From the IMG/VR virus record IMGVR_UViG_3300037424_002025, positions 1-30,060 of that record: a stretch of 30,060 nucleotides of DNA; one strand, 5' to 3'. This DNA comes from a virus (taxonomy: Duplodnaviria > Caudoviricetes). Positions 15,955-23,461 of this stretch are shown one piece after another. The stretch's first letter is position 1, and the number at the start of each line of letters is the position of its first letter. Position numbers and translations under genes: made by a program. Below the pieces are notes generated by a model, which saw nothing but the letters and a program-made list of their open reading frames with translations, had not been told where the DNA came from and did no database searches.

Positions 15955-17741
15955 TGCCATTTCTTCACCACGGCTCGGAAGGTGGCGTTCGCTGGGTCCT
16001 TGGCCGTGCTCGATGCGTTCAGGCACCGGATGTAGACCACATTGTTACTCGCCCAACTGGTGTAGGAGATGCCGGCCAGCAAGGCGGCGGTGGGCACGCT
16101 GATCTCGGTGGTGTCCCCATCGGCGGCGCCCGTCACCGTGATGGTCATGTTCGTATCCGATTGGGCACCCACCTGTGGAAAGTTCAGGCTGGCCGTAGCC
16201 GACAGCATGTTGGTCGCGGTGGCACCGGATGGGCCGATGGCCATGGAGAATATGTTCTCCGAATTGCGAATGAACCCGCCGTTGTCACGCTGGCCACGAT
16301 AGATCAGTCCCGAGCCCGCCAGGTTCTCGATGAACGACTGGGTGCCGTTGGTCCCAACGTTGTTCGACATGATGATCCGGTCGTTATTGGCCCGGATGAA
16401 ATACGCCGCGTAAAGGTTGCCGCTGCTGTCCTTCACGACGTTGTCGAGAATCACCATGTTCGTGTTGGGCTGCGTGGGATAAACGTCGAAGCCCACGGCA
16501 AAGGCTGCTGTGAATTCGCTCGCCTTGTTGAGCGTGATGAATCCATCCCGGCAGGAATTGAAGACGTAGGCCCCTCCTGAATTGAGAACAGTATTGCCAC
16601 GACAGATCAGGTTCCGGTGGTTGCCCTCTCCCGACGCATTGGCTCCGATATTGATTCCTCCCACCCATCCATCAATGAAGTTTTCGGCGACTTCCAGATT
16701 GTGCATGTAGGCACCACCGATTAAGATGGCATTCAGGTTGGTCCCTCTGAACTTATTGTTGACGACACGATGGCCGTGGCCACCGTTGAGCCAGATGCCA
16801 ACTCCACCGCTTAAATAATTGCTTCCCCGCCGAGTGAAGCCTTTCTCCCGGTCGAAGACGTTGCCCACAATTTGAATGCCGTGGCTGTTGGTGCTTCCCG
16901 CAGTCAGGATGTCGGCTTCAAGATTGTTGATGAAGTAGTTGTCCCGAACAATGGTGTTGTAGAATTGAGGAGCACCACCCGCACTGTATATCTCCACGCC
17001 GCGATGGTTCGCTTCGAGGTAACATTGTTCAACCGTTCCCCCGGTTAATTCAATCCCGGCACCATCCCAGTTGATCGGGCTATTGGTTGTCTTGCTACCG
17101 CAGTTTGAAACGTAGCAGCGGAAGAACCGGATTTGATTCGTGGAAGGATTTTCGCTGGCGTTGGCGCCCGCATCCAAAATCCCGTGATACTGAGCATTGA
17201 TGATGCTTGCATAGTTGATGGAGAACTTTTCACAGTGCGCGTAGCGCATCAACGCCCACTGCGCGTTGGTGGGTGTCAGCACTGCAATATTCGTAATAAC
17301 AAGCCCATCCCAGATGCCTCCGTTGATCGTGATACCGGAGCAGTTTGTCGCGAAGAACAATTCACCCACAGCCGCATGGCCATTGATGGTTGCCCCGTAA
17401 GCGTTGATCGTGATGTTGGTCTTGCTGATGAGGTTCAGTCCAGCGTAACCCGTGATTCCGACGATGTAGGGTGTAACGTTGTGCGTGCCGGGAAGAATGT
17501 TGACGATGGAATCATTCGGGAGGTTGCTGACTGCTATGGCAAGATTGTAGCCGACCGAAAGGTTGGTCGCCCAAGGCGCATTCGTAATCACCCCGGTAAG
17601 CGAGGCATTGGTGAGGACGGTCGAGGGCGGTTGCGCGTTGCCGCCGGCGCCGCCCGCGGGCGGCTGCGATCCCACCGCACCGAATGCCGGCGCGGCCAGG
17701 AGCCAACAGAGCCAGCCAATGAGGAATCTGCCAGGGTGCAT
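15951..17741 (-). CDS. Right-handed beta-helix (pectin-lyase-like/tailspike-like) protein with signal peptide (596 aa)
   Basis: Start reassigned to ATG 17741 (MHPGRFLIGWLCWLLAAPAFG|A); 'ILPGTH', 'NITINAYGATI' and repeated 'I.xN.F/V' parallel beta-helix rungs; C-terminal 'SATASLNFP...TITVTGAADGD...VYIRCLN...DPANATFRAVV' domain common in phage spike/decoration proteins. Confidence 0.75.
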   Translation of the reverse strand: MHPGRFLIGWLCWLLAAPAFGAVGSQPPAGGAGGNAQPPSTVLTNASLTGVITNAPWATNLSVGYNLAIAVSNLPNDSIVNILPGTHNVTPYIVGITGYAGLNLISKTNITINAYGATINGHAAVGELFFATNCSGITINGGIWDGLVITNIAVLTPTNAQWALMRYAHCEKFSINYASIINAQYHGILDAGANASENPSTNQIRFFRCYVSNCGSKTTNSPINWDGAGIELTGGTVEQCYLEANHRGVEIYSAGGAPQFYNTIVRDNYFINNLEADILTAGSTNSHGIQIVGNVFDREKGFTRRGSNYLSGGVGIWLNGGHGHRVVNNKFRGTNLNAILIGGAYMHNLEVAENFIDGWVGGINIGANASGEGNHRNLICRGNTVLNSGGAYVFNSCRDGFITLNKASEFTAAFAVGFDVYPTQPNTNMVILDNVVKDSSGNLYAAYFIRANNDRIIMSNNVGTNGTQSFIENLAGSGLIYRGQRDNGGFIRNSENIFSMAIGPSGATATNMLSATASLNFPQVGAQSDTNMTITVTGAADGDTTEISVPTAALLAGISYTSWASNNVVYIRCLNASSTAKDPANATFRAVVKKWQ

Positions 17742-17743
17742 AA

Positions 17744-18163
17744 TCAGTTCGGGGTGTGGGTCACCGCGATGAGGAATGACGCGGACCCGTTCGTGAGCGT
17801 CACCGGGGTGGTGCTCGTGGCCGCCACCAGCCCGTTGGCGAAGCGGCACCCGGACACATTAAAATCGTAGTAGCCGGTGGTGTTGGCGGTGATCTTGACC
17901 GGGGGCAGGAAGGGCACCGTGTTGTTGGCCGGCAGGCTGGTGGCATCGAAGAGCAGCAGGTACAGATCGGAGGCGCTCGCATTGTAGGCCGTGACGCTGA
18001 ACATCGTCGTGGGGCGGCTGGACACCACGAAGGCGTTGGTGGTGGTGACGGTGCTGGTGGTCACGCCCGCGGCGCGCAGCCCTTGCGCTGCGGCCGGTGT
18101 GGGCGTGAGAAGGAGCGCGGGCAGGAGCAGCAGCAGGGCGATGAACGAGATGAGCGATTTCAT
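17744..18163 (-). CDS. Small jelly-roll-like virion decoration/spike-base-like protein with signal peptide (139 aa)
   Basis: Start reassigned to ATG 18163 (ATGA overlap); MKSLISFIALLLLLPALLLTPTPAAA|Q; mature part 'YNASASDLYLLLFDA...P...P...GCRFANGLVAATSTT' matches a recurring small phage structural protein pattern. Confidence 0.6.
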   Translation of the reverse strand: MKSLISFIALLLLLPALLLTPTPAAAQGLRAAGVTTSTVTTTNAFVVSSRPTTMFSVTAYNASASDLYLLLFDATSLPANNTVPFLPPVKITANTTGYYDFNVSGCRFANGLVAATSTTPVTLTNGSASFLIAVTHTPN

Positions 18164-19209
18164 GGGTAGGTTCTCATGGGCACAGCCGGCGTCTCGCCGG
18201 ACTGGCGGTATTTGCGATCGGTTTCGAGACCGAGATAGCCCTCGGCCATGGCCAGCGCGGTACGTTGTTTGCCTTCCTGGTCGTCGGCCGTCATCAGGAG
18301 GGCGTAGGCGCCCTGGATGATGGCGCCTTCGAAGGCTTCCGGGATTTCGACGACTTCCCACTTGTCGGTGTCGGTGGACGGCGTATCCCCCGCAGCCGCG
18401 GTCGCCACACACTTGTAGAAGTTTCCCACGTCACCGGTAGGCGTGAAATAGACCTGGTCGCCCACGGCGTAGGCGGCGGTGATGTCGTAGAAGTCGCCGG
18501 TGAGCTTGGGGCGGCGCAGCCGGAAATCGACGAAGCAGCGCCGGACGTTTTCGGACACATAGACACGATCCTCCAGGGTTTCGTGGTCGAGCGAAGTCCA
18601 GTTCCGGTTCACGCGCGGGTTGGCGTCCTTCACGTCGTACACATTTCCGATGAGCGTCTTGCCGGTCTGCGAGAAATCCACATATCGCTCGAAGGGCGTG
18701 AGCGCGCCCCAGCGTTCATTGGCGCCGCTGGCGTCCGGCACCAGGGTGCCGCTGGAGGTGTGCGCGGTGTGGCACTGGTAATACGTGTCGTCGACCGGGT
18801 AGTAAACGATGTCGCCCACGGCGTAGACGGTGCCGGTGAGCCAGTTGGCGCCGGCGTAGGAGGTTTTGCACAGGGCCCAGTAATCGCTGCGCTCGTCGCC
18901 ATTCGAATCGGTGGGACTCTGGCCGGCGCCAGTCACCGTATTGCGCAGGCATTGGAAGTACTGTTGGGTGGCGGCGTCGTAGACTTCATCGCCTTTGTCA
19001 TAGGTGCTGGCGGCCAGCCAGAGATCGCGAAAGTAACGATATTCGCCCCGCATGAGGAATTGCCACCACTCGGAATTCCACGCCTGGCCGAGCGCGAGAT
19101 CGATGTGGCCGCGCAACGGATACCAATCGAGGACTGGCGGCAATTCGCTCTTGCCGGCCAGCAGCTCGTTGACCCCATTGAACAGGCGCTCTGCGTCGAT
19201 CGTAATCAT
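18160..19209 (-). CDS. Head-tail adaptor (P22 gp4 / T7 gp11 class) with three inserted CBM5/12-like repeats (349 aa)
   Basis: Helical N-terminus ending 'AWNSEWWQFL' and C-terminal 'EIPEAFEGAIIQGAYALL...A.AMAEGYL' adaptor pattern; three 'W/Y....Y..GD.VY....Y.C' repeats; located after the capsid genes. Confidence 0.65.
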   Translation of the reverse strand: MITIDAERLFNGVNELLAGKSELPPVLDWYPLRGHIDLALGQAWNSEWWQFLMRGEYRYFRDLWLAASTYDKGDEVYDAATQQYFQCLRNTVTGAGQSPTDSNGDERSDYWALCKTSYAGANWLTGTVYAVGDIVYYPVDDTYYQCHTAHTSSGTLVPDASGANERWGALTPFERYVDFSQTGKTLIGNVYDVKDANPRVNRNWTSLDHETLEDRVYVSENVRRCFVDFRLRRPKLTGDFYDITAAYAVGDQVYFTPTGDVGNFYKCVATAAAGDTPSTDTDKWEVVEIPEAFEGAIIQGAYALLMTADDQEGKQRTALAMAEGYLGLETDRKYRQSGETPAVPMRTYP

Positions 19210-19218
19210 GCGGGGTTA

Positions 19219-19349
19219 ACCACGGAAAACACGGAAGACACGGAAACGGAGGAGGGCCGCGGGCGCGGGCTTGCCGAAGCCATCGTTATTGTTCCGTGTT
19301 GTCCGTGTCTTCCGTGGTCTCACAAACGTGTCTTTCGTGGTCTCACAAA
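19219..19349. repeat. Intergenic inverted-repeat element built from 9-bp ACACGGAA-like units, plus a 23-bp tandem duplication
   Basis: Left arm ACCACGGAAAACACGGAAGACACGGAAAC (19219-19247) is nearly complementary to GTTCCGTGTTGTCCGTGTCTTCCGTGGT (19291-19318); CGTGTCTT[C/T]CGTGGTCTCACAAA occurs at 19304-19326 and 19327-19349. Confidence 0.9.
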
Positions 19350-19350
19350 A

Positions 19351-19752
19351 TCAAATCACTCCGTAGTTCTTGGTGAACCGCTTGTTGCCTTCCCACGGCA
19401 CCTCGGCCACTGGCACCATCAAGGGCAGGCCGTTGCCGCTCCGGGGTGCGGCGCATTTCACGCGCGTCTCGGGCGCCAGGCGGTCGATGTATTTGTTGAA
19501 CCCCTTGTCCGCCCAGCAATCGTAGGTGCCTTCCTTCATCGCCCAGTCGTGGTAGGCGAACGCGCTGATGTTGCGGCGCACCTCGCCGAGGCCCTCCACG
19601 GCGTTCATCTCGGGATGCTCACGGGCGAAGGCTTCCTGCATGGCCTGCTCCTGCAGCTCCAGCAGCAGATGCTCGCGCCGGGCCACTTCTTCGAGCGCGG
19701 CGAGGGTGGCGGGGTCCAGCCCGGCCAGGTCGATGTTCTGGAGCGCGGACAT
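19351..19752 (-). CDS. Hypothetical phage protein (133 aa)
   Basis: Typical codon usage; starts 2 nt after the upstream stop; 'AYHDW...YDCWADKGF...APETRV' looks like a conserved motif; function unknown. Confidence 0.7.
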   Translation of the reverse strand: MSALQNIDLAGLDPATLAALEEVARREHLLLELQEQAMQEAFAREHPEMNAVEGLGEVRRNISAFAYHDWAMKEGTYDCWADKGFNKYIDRLAPETRVKCAAPRSGNGLPLMVPVAEVPWEGNKRFTKNYGVI

Positions 19753-19754
19753 GC

Positions 19755-19916
19755 CTAGTTGCCGGTGGCGAGCTGTTCGATGCGGTCGAGGGCTTCGCGC
19801 GCCTTCTTCGGAATGGCGGCGGGCGATTGGGCGAGGAGCGCCTTGATGGTTGCCACCTCGGCGGCGATGTCCCTGAGCGGCGACGGCGCTTCTTCAACTT
19901 GAGCGGCTTTCTTCAT
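19755..19916 (-). CDS. Small helical hypothetical protein (53 aa, MKKAAQVEEAPSPLRDIAAEV...LATGN)
   Basis: Below the ORF-track cutoff; AAAGGAACC-ATG RBS; GC3-rich codons; stop lies 2 nt before the next ATG. Confidence 0.7.
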   Translation of the reverse strand: MKKAAQVEEAPSPLRDIAAEVATIKALLAQSPAAIPKKAREALDRIEQLATGN

Positions 19917-19921
19917 GGTTC

Positions 19922-19948
19922 CTTTACGTTTCACGTTTCACGTTTCAC
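19922..19948. repeat. Heptamer tandem repeat (TTTCACG/TTTACG)
   Basis: tttacg-tttcacg-tttcacg-tttcac directly upstream of the RBS of the 53-aa gene. Confidence 0.85.
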
Positions 19949-19957
19949 AGATTGGCT

Positions 19958-20008
19958 TGAACGGCGGGCGGATGGACCGGGCAGGTTCAACACCCGCCCG
20001 CCCGTTCA
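19958..20008 (-). terminator. GC-rich hairpin after the capsid and cement genes (terminator or mRNA-stabilising stem)
   Basis: TGAACGGCGGGCGGATG pairs imperfectly with CACCCGCCCGCCCGTTCA; no clear poly-U tail, so termination is uncertain. Confidence 0.45.
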
Positions 20009-20019
20009 GGTGAACTCCA

Positions 20020-20592
20020 CTACAGGCGCAGCTTGGAGAGCTGCACGACGCGGAAATAGATGCGAATCTTACCGACCAGATAGTTATCCACCTGGGTGGC
20101 CTGCAAACCGTCGCTGAAACAGGCGATCAGCTGGTTGGTGCTGGTCGTGGCCCGGTACGGCACCAGCATGTTGGTGGAGAGATGAGCCCGCGCGGCGATG
20201 ATGGTATTCGAACCAAAGAAGGCGTTCGTGGTCCCACCGACTCCCACCGTCACCACCAGATTGCTGCCGGCGTCCACGCCGGTGGCATAGGTGGCATTGG
20301 TGAACGCTTCCTCCACATACCAGCCTACCTTGTCGATGTAGCTGTTGGTGGGGATGGCGAATAATTGCAGCACCACGGCGGAGGCATCGGCGGCGTTGAG
20401 GTCGTCCCAGGTGACCACAGCGGCGTGGGTGAAATCGCCCGAGGCCCGGGTTTCCAGCGGCAGCGCCTGGATGTCCACCGCGCGCGCCGGGAAGGGTCCC
20501 ATGAGCGTGATCGTGAGGATGCCCAGGAGCATGAGCAGCGAGGAAAAGCGGAACCAGAAGCCCGCTTGTCGTTTGATGATTCTCTTGTTCAT
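20020..20592 (-). CDS. Putative capsid cement/decoration protein with signal peptide (190 aa)
   Basis: Immediately follows the MCP; basic N-region, hydrophobic core, 'PARA|VD' cleavage-like site; mature part 'LFAIP...YVEEAF...VTVGVGG...GKIRIYF' jelly-roll pattern typical of post-MCP decoration proteins. Confidence 0.65.
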   Translation of the reverse strand: MNKRIIKRQAGFWFRFSSLLMLLGILTITLMGPFPARAVDIQALPLETRASGDFTHAAVVTWDDLNAADASAVVLQLFAIPTNSYIDKVGWYVEEAFTNATYATGVDAGSNLVVTVGVGGTTNAFFGSNTIIAARAHLSTNMLVPYRATTSTNQLIACFSDGLQATQVDNYLVGKIRIYFRVVQLSKLRL

Positions 20593-20637
20593 AATCGTGT
20601 TCGTTTGAAGTTACGGTTTACGTTTTACGGTTCAGGG

Positions 20638-21642
20638 TTACGTGGTGGCCTTGAACGCGCCGAGCCCGAGCGGGTTGGTGACCTTGAAGCTCAGCACGGC
20701 GTCGCACAGGAAGCGCGGGCCGCCGCCACGATCTTCGAGTTGTTTCACCCGCGGCATGCGCTTGTAGTGCATGGAGAGGAATTTCATGCGGAGCAGGTAA
20801 CCGCGGCGCAGGTTGGCCGCCGCGCTTCCGCCGAAGTTCACATGCGCATTCCAGAGCGTGGGATGGATGTTGATCAGCCCGAAGTCGCCATCGAACTGCT
20901 GGACCACCGATCCGATCTTGCCCTTGAACTCGGTGTTGAACGTGCGGATGTAGCTGAAGGTATTGGTGGCACCGCTCACCTTCGTGACCATCGCGCTCAA
21001 GGCCCTGCGCAATTTCGGTCCGGCAATCAGCTCGAATTCGCTGATGTCGCCGCTCTTGGTGTAGGCGCTTTCCAGCACGTCGCCCACGATGGTATCCGTG
21101 ACGGACGCCATGGCCGTGGTGTCAATGCTCGCCGCCGGGGTGAGGAATTGGGTGGGCACCGGATAGACCGCCTGGGCTGTGGACTGAATCCACACGCCCA
21201 ATCCGCGGAACTGGTCCGGCACGCCGGCTGCGCCGACCTGCGCCTCTTGGTCTCCGCAGATGAATGCCTCGATGGCGCGGGCCAGGCGCTTGAGCTTCTT
21301 CATGATGCTCTCGGCCAGTTCGCCCTTGCTCAGGCCGGCGACGTCCGAGACTTCCTCGGCGAAGTCCGAGACCATCGCGCTGTCGCGAATCTTCATGGCC
21401 CGTCCTTGCAGGAGCGCGCGGTTCGGGGACGCGTTCGAAAACGAATCCACATCCACGCCATCCTCGGCGGCCATGTCCGAGTGCGGATCCTCGAAGTCAT
21501 CCGCCTGCCATTCGACGAGGGTGTTGGTGAGAGGTTCCCCCTTCGGGATCATGGATTGCACGGGGGTATTCTTGGCATCCACGCGGGCGATGATGTTGGC
21601 CAACATCTCCCGTTTACCGACTTGATTTCGTTCCAGTAACAT
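20638..21642 (-). CDS. Major capsid protein, DUF5309 / SU10-type (334 aa)
   Basis: 'GKREMLANII...TP..SMI......VEWQAD', 'K.KRL.R.IEA', 'FRGLGVWI', 'FDGDFGLINIHP', 'L.F.V.NP.GLG' match the DUF5309 family pattern; follows the scaffold gene. Confidence 0.88.
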   Translation of the reverse strand: MLLERNQVGKREMLANIIARVDAKNTPVQSMIPKGEPLTNTLVEWQADDFEDPHSDMAAEDGVDVDSFSNASPNRALLQGRAMKIRDSAMVSDFAEEVSDVAGLSKGELAESIMKKLKRLARAIEAFICGDQEAQVGAAGVPDQFRGLGVWIQSTAQAVYPVPTQFLTPAASIDTTAMASVTDTIVGDVLESAYTKSGDISEFELIAGPKLRRALSAMVTKVSGATNTFSYIRTFNTEFKGKIGSVVQQFDGDFGLINIHPTLWNAHVNFGGSAAANLRRGYLLRMKFLSMHYKRMPRVKQLEDRGGGPRFLCDAVLSFKVTNPLGLGAFKATT

Positions 21643-21687
21643 TTTGTTGTGTCACTGGCGAAGAACGGCACCGCTGGCGCACACGCG

Positions 21688-22971
21688 TCAGTCGTCGCCG
21701 AGGAGAGATGAGATAAGGGTCTTGCCCGCTTCGTGGTCACCCGAGTCAAGAAACCGCGATTCCGCCTGTTGCAACGAGGCCCGCCGGCCGTTCACCGGCA
21801 TGGGGGTGGCGGCGGGCTTGCCCGGGCCTCGCGCGGGCGGCCGGGGCGGCGGCGGCGCGGGCTTGTGCCCGTTACCGTTCGCGGCTGGCTTGCCGTTGGC
21901 GGGTCCGTTCGCGTTGCCGTTCCCGTTTCCGTTGGCGCCCTGTTTCGCCATGCGATCCAACAAGCCTTGAAAGGCCAGGTGATCGGCGATCATGGTGCGC
22001 GCCTCCGGGATGTCCCGGAAAGCCGGGTACATCCGCACGATTTCCTCCACCCGGGCGTGGCCCGGATGTTTGCGATCCTTCATCCACGGATGCCGCTCGG
22101 CCAATCGCTGGGCCAGCGCCTCGGCGCGTTCGGCGCGCCGCCGTTTGGCATCCACCATGCCGGCCTCCAGCTCGCGCATCTTGCGTTCGTACGCGCGCTT
22201 TTGCTGGCGCAACTCCTCGGGGCTCCACTGCCGTTCACCAATGGTCGCCCCCTCGGGGTGCGCCTCGATGAAGTCCAGGGTCTCCTCGACCTTGGCGAGT
22301 TGTTGCTGGAGCGTCTGCTCCTCGGAGGTCACCGCAGCGGAGCTGCTGCCCAATCCATCGGGCGCGGGATTGGCCTTGAGCCGGTCGTTCTCCTCGCGGA
22401 GTTGGGCGGCTTCATTGGCTTGTTCCTCGAGGCGCTCGATTTTCTCGGTCAGCTTGTTGATGCGGCGCAGGTAGCTCTTGGGCCATTTGACGGCCTCGTC
22501 ATCAACTTCGGTGTCCGTTTCGGTTTCGGTTTCGGTTTCGGAAGTTTCGGGATCGTCGGAATCGTCGGTCTCGTCGTTTTCGGCAGAATCGTCTTGCTCT
22601 GGGGTGTCCCCGGTCGCTTCGATGGCCGCGGTATCTTCGCCAGATGTCTGGTCCTCCGCGGGGGCATCATCAGCGACGGGCGTTGTGTCCGCAGCGGGAT
22701 TGGCCCGGTTCGCCTTGCCCGCGAGGGCGGCGTCCAGTTCCAGATCCTCGGCATCGGACCCGATGTTGATGGACTCCTGGAGGAACGCACTGGCTTCCTG
22801 CTCGAAGTCCGCTGCATCGGTCGCTGGCGTTTCCGCCGGACCCGCGGTTGTTTTGGCCTTGGCCCGCGCTGGAGCCGGCGCCGCGGGTGCGGCAGCGGCT
22901 GGCGCTGTGGGCTGTGCGACGGGGTTGACCGTGGTCCCCGCTGAAGTGCTCGATGGCGTCTTCTTAGACAT
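21688..22971 (-). CDS. Capsid scaffolding protein (427 aa)
   Basis: Very acidic disordered N-terminus, 'RRINKLTEK' coiled coil, Pro-rich linker and short C-terminal helix ('RFLDSGD..AG..LI..LL'); directly upstream of the MCP. Confidence 0.8.
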   Translation of the reverse strand: MSKKTPSSTSAGTTVNPVAQPTAPAAAAPAAPAPARAKAKTTAGPAETPATDAADFEQEASAFLQESINIGSDAEDLELDAALAGKANRANPAADTTPVADDAPAEDQTSGEDTAAIEATGDTPEQDDSAENDETDDSDDPETSETETETETDTEVDDEAVKWPKSYLRRINKLTEKIERLEEQANEAAQLREENDRLKANPAPDGLGSSSAAVTSEEQTLQQQLAKVEETLDFIEAHPEGATIGERQWSPEELRQQKRAYERKMRELEAGMVDAKRRRAERAEALAQRLAERHPWMKDRKHPGHARVEEIVRMYPAFRDIPEARTMIADHLAFQGLLDRMAKQGANGNGNGNANGPANGKPAANGNGHKPAPPPPRPPARGPGKPAATPMPVNGRRASLQQAESRFLDSGDHEAGKTLISSLLGDD

Positions 22972-23096
22972 GCGCTTGTTTTGAGCCTGGCAAGTGAGGC
23001 AACAGGGTTTTGCGGATCCGACACCCAGAAACGGAATTTGCTGGGTGCGCTTATCGGGTGGGAATCACCGAGTTGACAAGAGCGGGTGATCGGAAA

Positions 23097-23136
23097 GGGC
23101 GCTAAAGGGCGCTAAAGGGAGCTAACGGGCGCTAAA
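23097..23136. promoter_or_regulatory. Four tandem 10-bp direct repeats (GGGCGCTAAA consensus) upstream of the scaffold-capsid genes
   Basis: gggcgctaaa-gggcgctaaa-gggagctaac-gggcgctaaa in a 181-bp intergenic gap. The repeat is certain; the regulatory role is inferred. Confidence 0.55.
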
Positions 23137-23152
23137 TTACAAGGTAGGTATT

Positions 23153-23452
23153 TCACTCCTCTTCCTCCCCGCCGTCCTCACGCCATTGCTTGATCTGTTC
23201 CCAGTTGCGCCAGGCGCCGGTGAGCAGGTCCTCGATTTCCTCGCGCAGGCAGGTCACCTGATGATTGGCGCCGCACCAGAACGGGCGCTTGTCCGGATGC
23301 GTCTCCGGGTCGGTGGCGAACTCGTGGGAGCCATCGAAATGTTCCTTGAGCACCTCACGCAAGGCCGCCCGGCCGGACTCCGGCACCGCGCCCAGCGCCT
23401 CGCCCAGACGGTAAATTCTTTTCACGTCATCTGGCATTGGTGTTTTCGCCAT
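23153..23452 (-). CDS. Hypothetical protein between portal and scaffold (99 aa)
   Basis: GC3-rich codons, helical, in the slot usually taken by a small head-assembly gene in podoviruses. Confidence 0.7.
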   Translation of the reverse strand: MAKTPMPDDVKRIYRLGEALGAVPESGRAALREVLKEHFDGSHEFATDPETHPDKRPFWCGANHQVTCLREEIEDLLTGAWRNWEQIKQWREDGGEEEE

Positions 23453-23461
23453 AGAATCAAC

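Noticed and set aside
19219-19349. Mini-CRISPR array
   Set aside because: The 23-bp copies are directly adjacent with no spacer, and no cas genes are present.
19619-19897. 92-aa Arg-rich ORF from the track
   Set aside because: Wrong frame; the 53-aa ORF 19755-19916 has a strong RBS and abuts the next gene.
20593-20660. Programmed frameshift or read-through fusing the MCP to the next gene
   Set aside because: The MCP ends in TAA with no obvious slippery sequence, and the next gene has its own start and signal peptide.
21860-22545. GNGNGN and ETETET repeats in the scaffold gene
   Set aside because: In-frame low-complexity repeats in a disordered protein; ordinary for scaffolding proteins.
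23073-23101. Plus-strand sigma70 promoter from TTGACA
   Set aside because: No credible -10 hexamer at 16-18 bp spacing and no plus-strand gene downstream.
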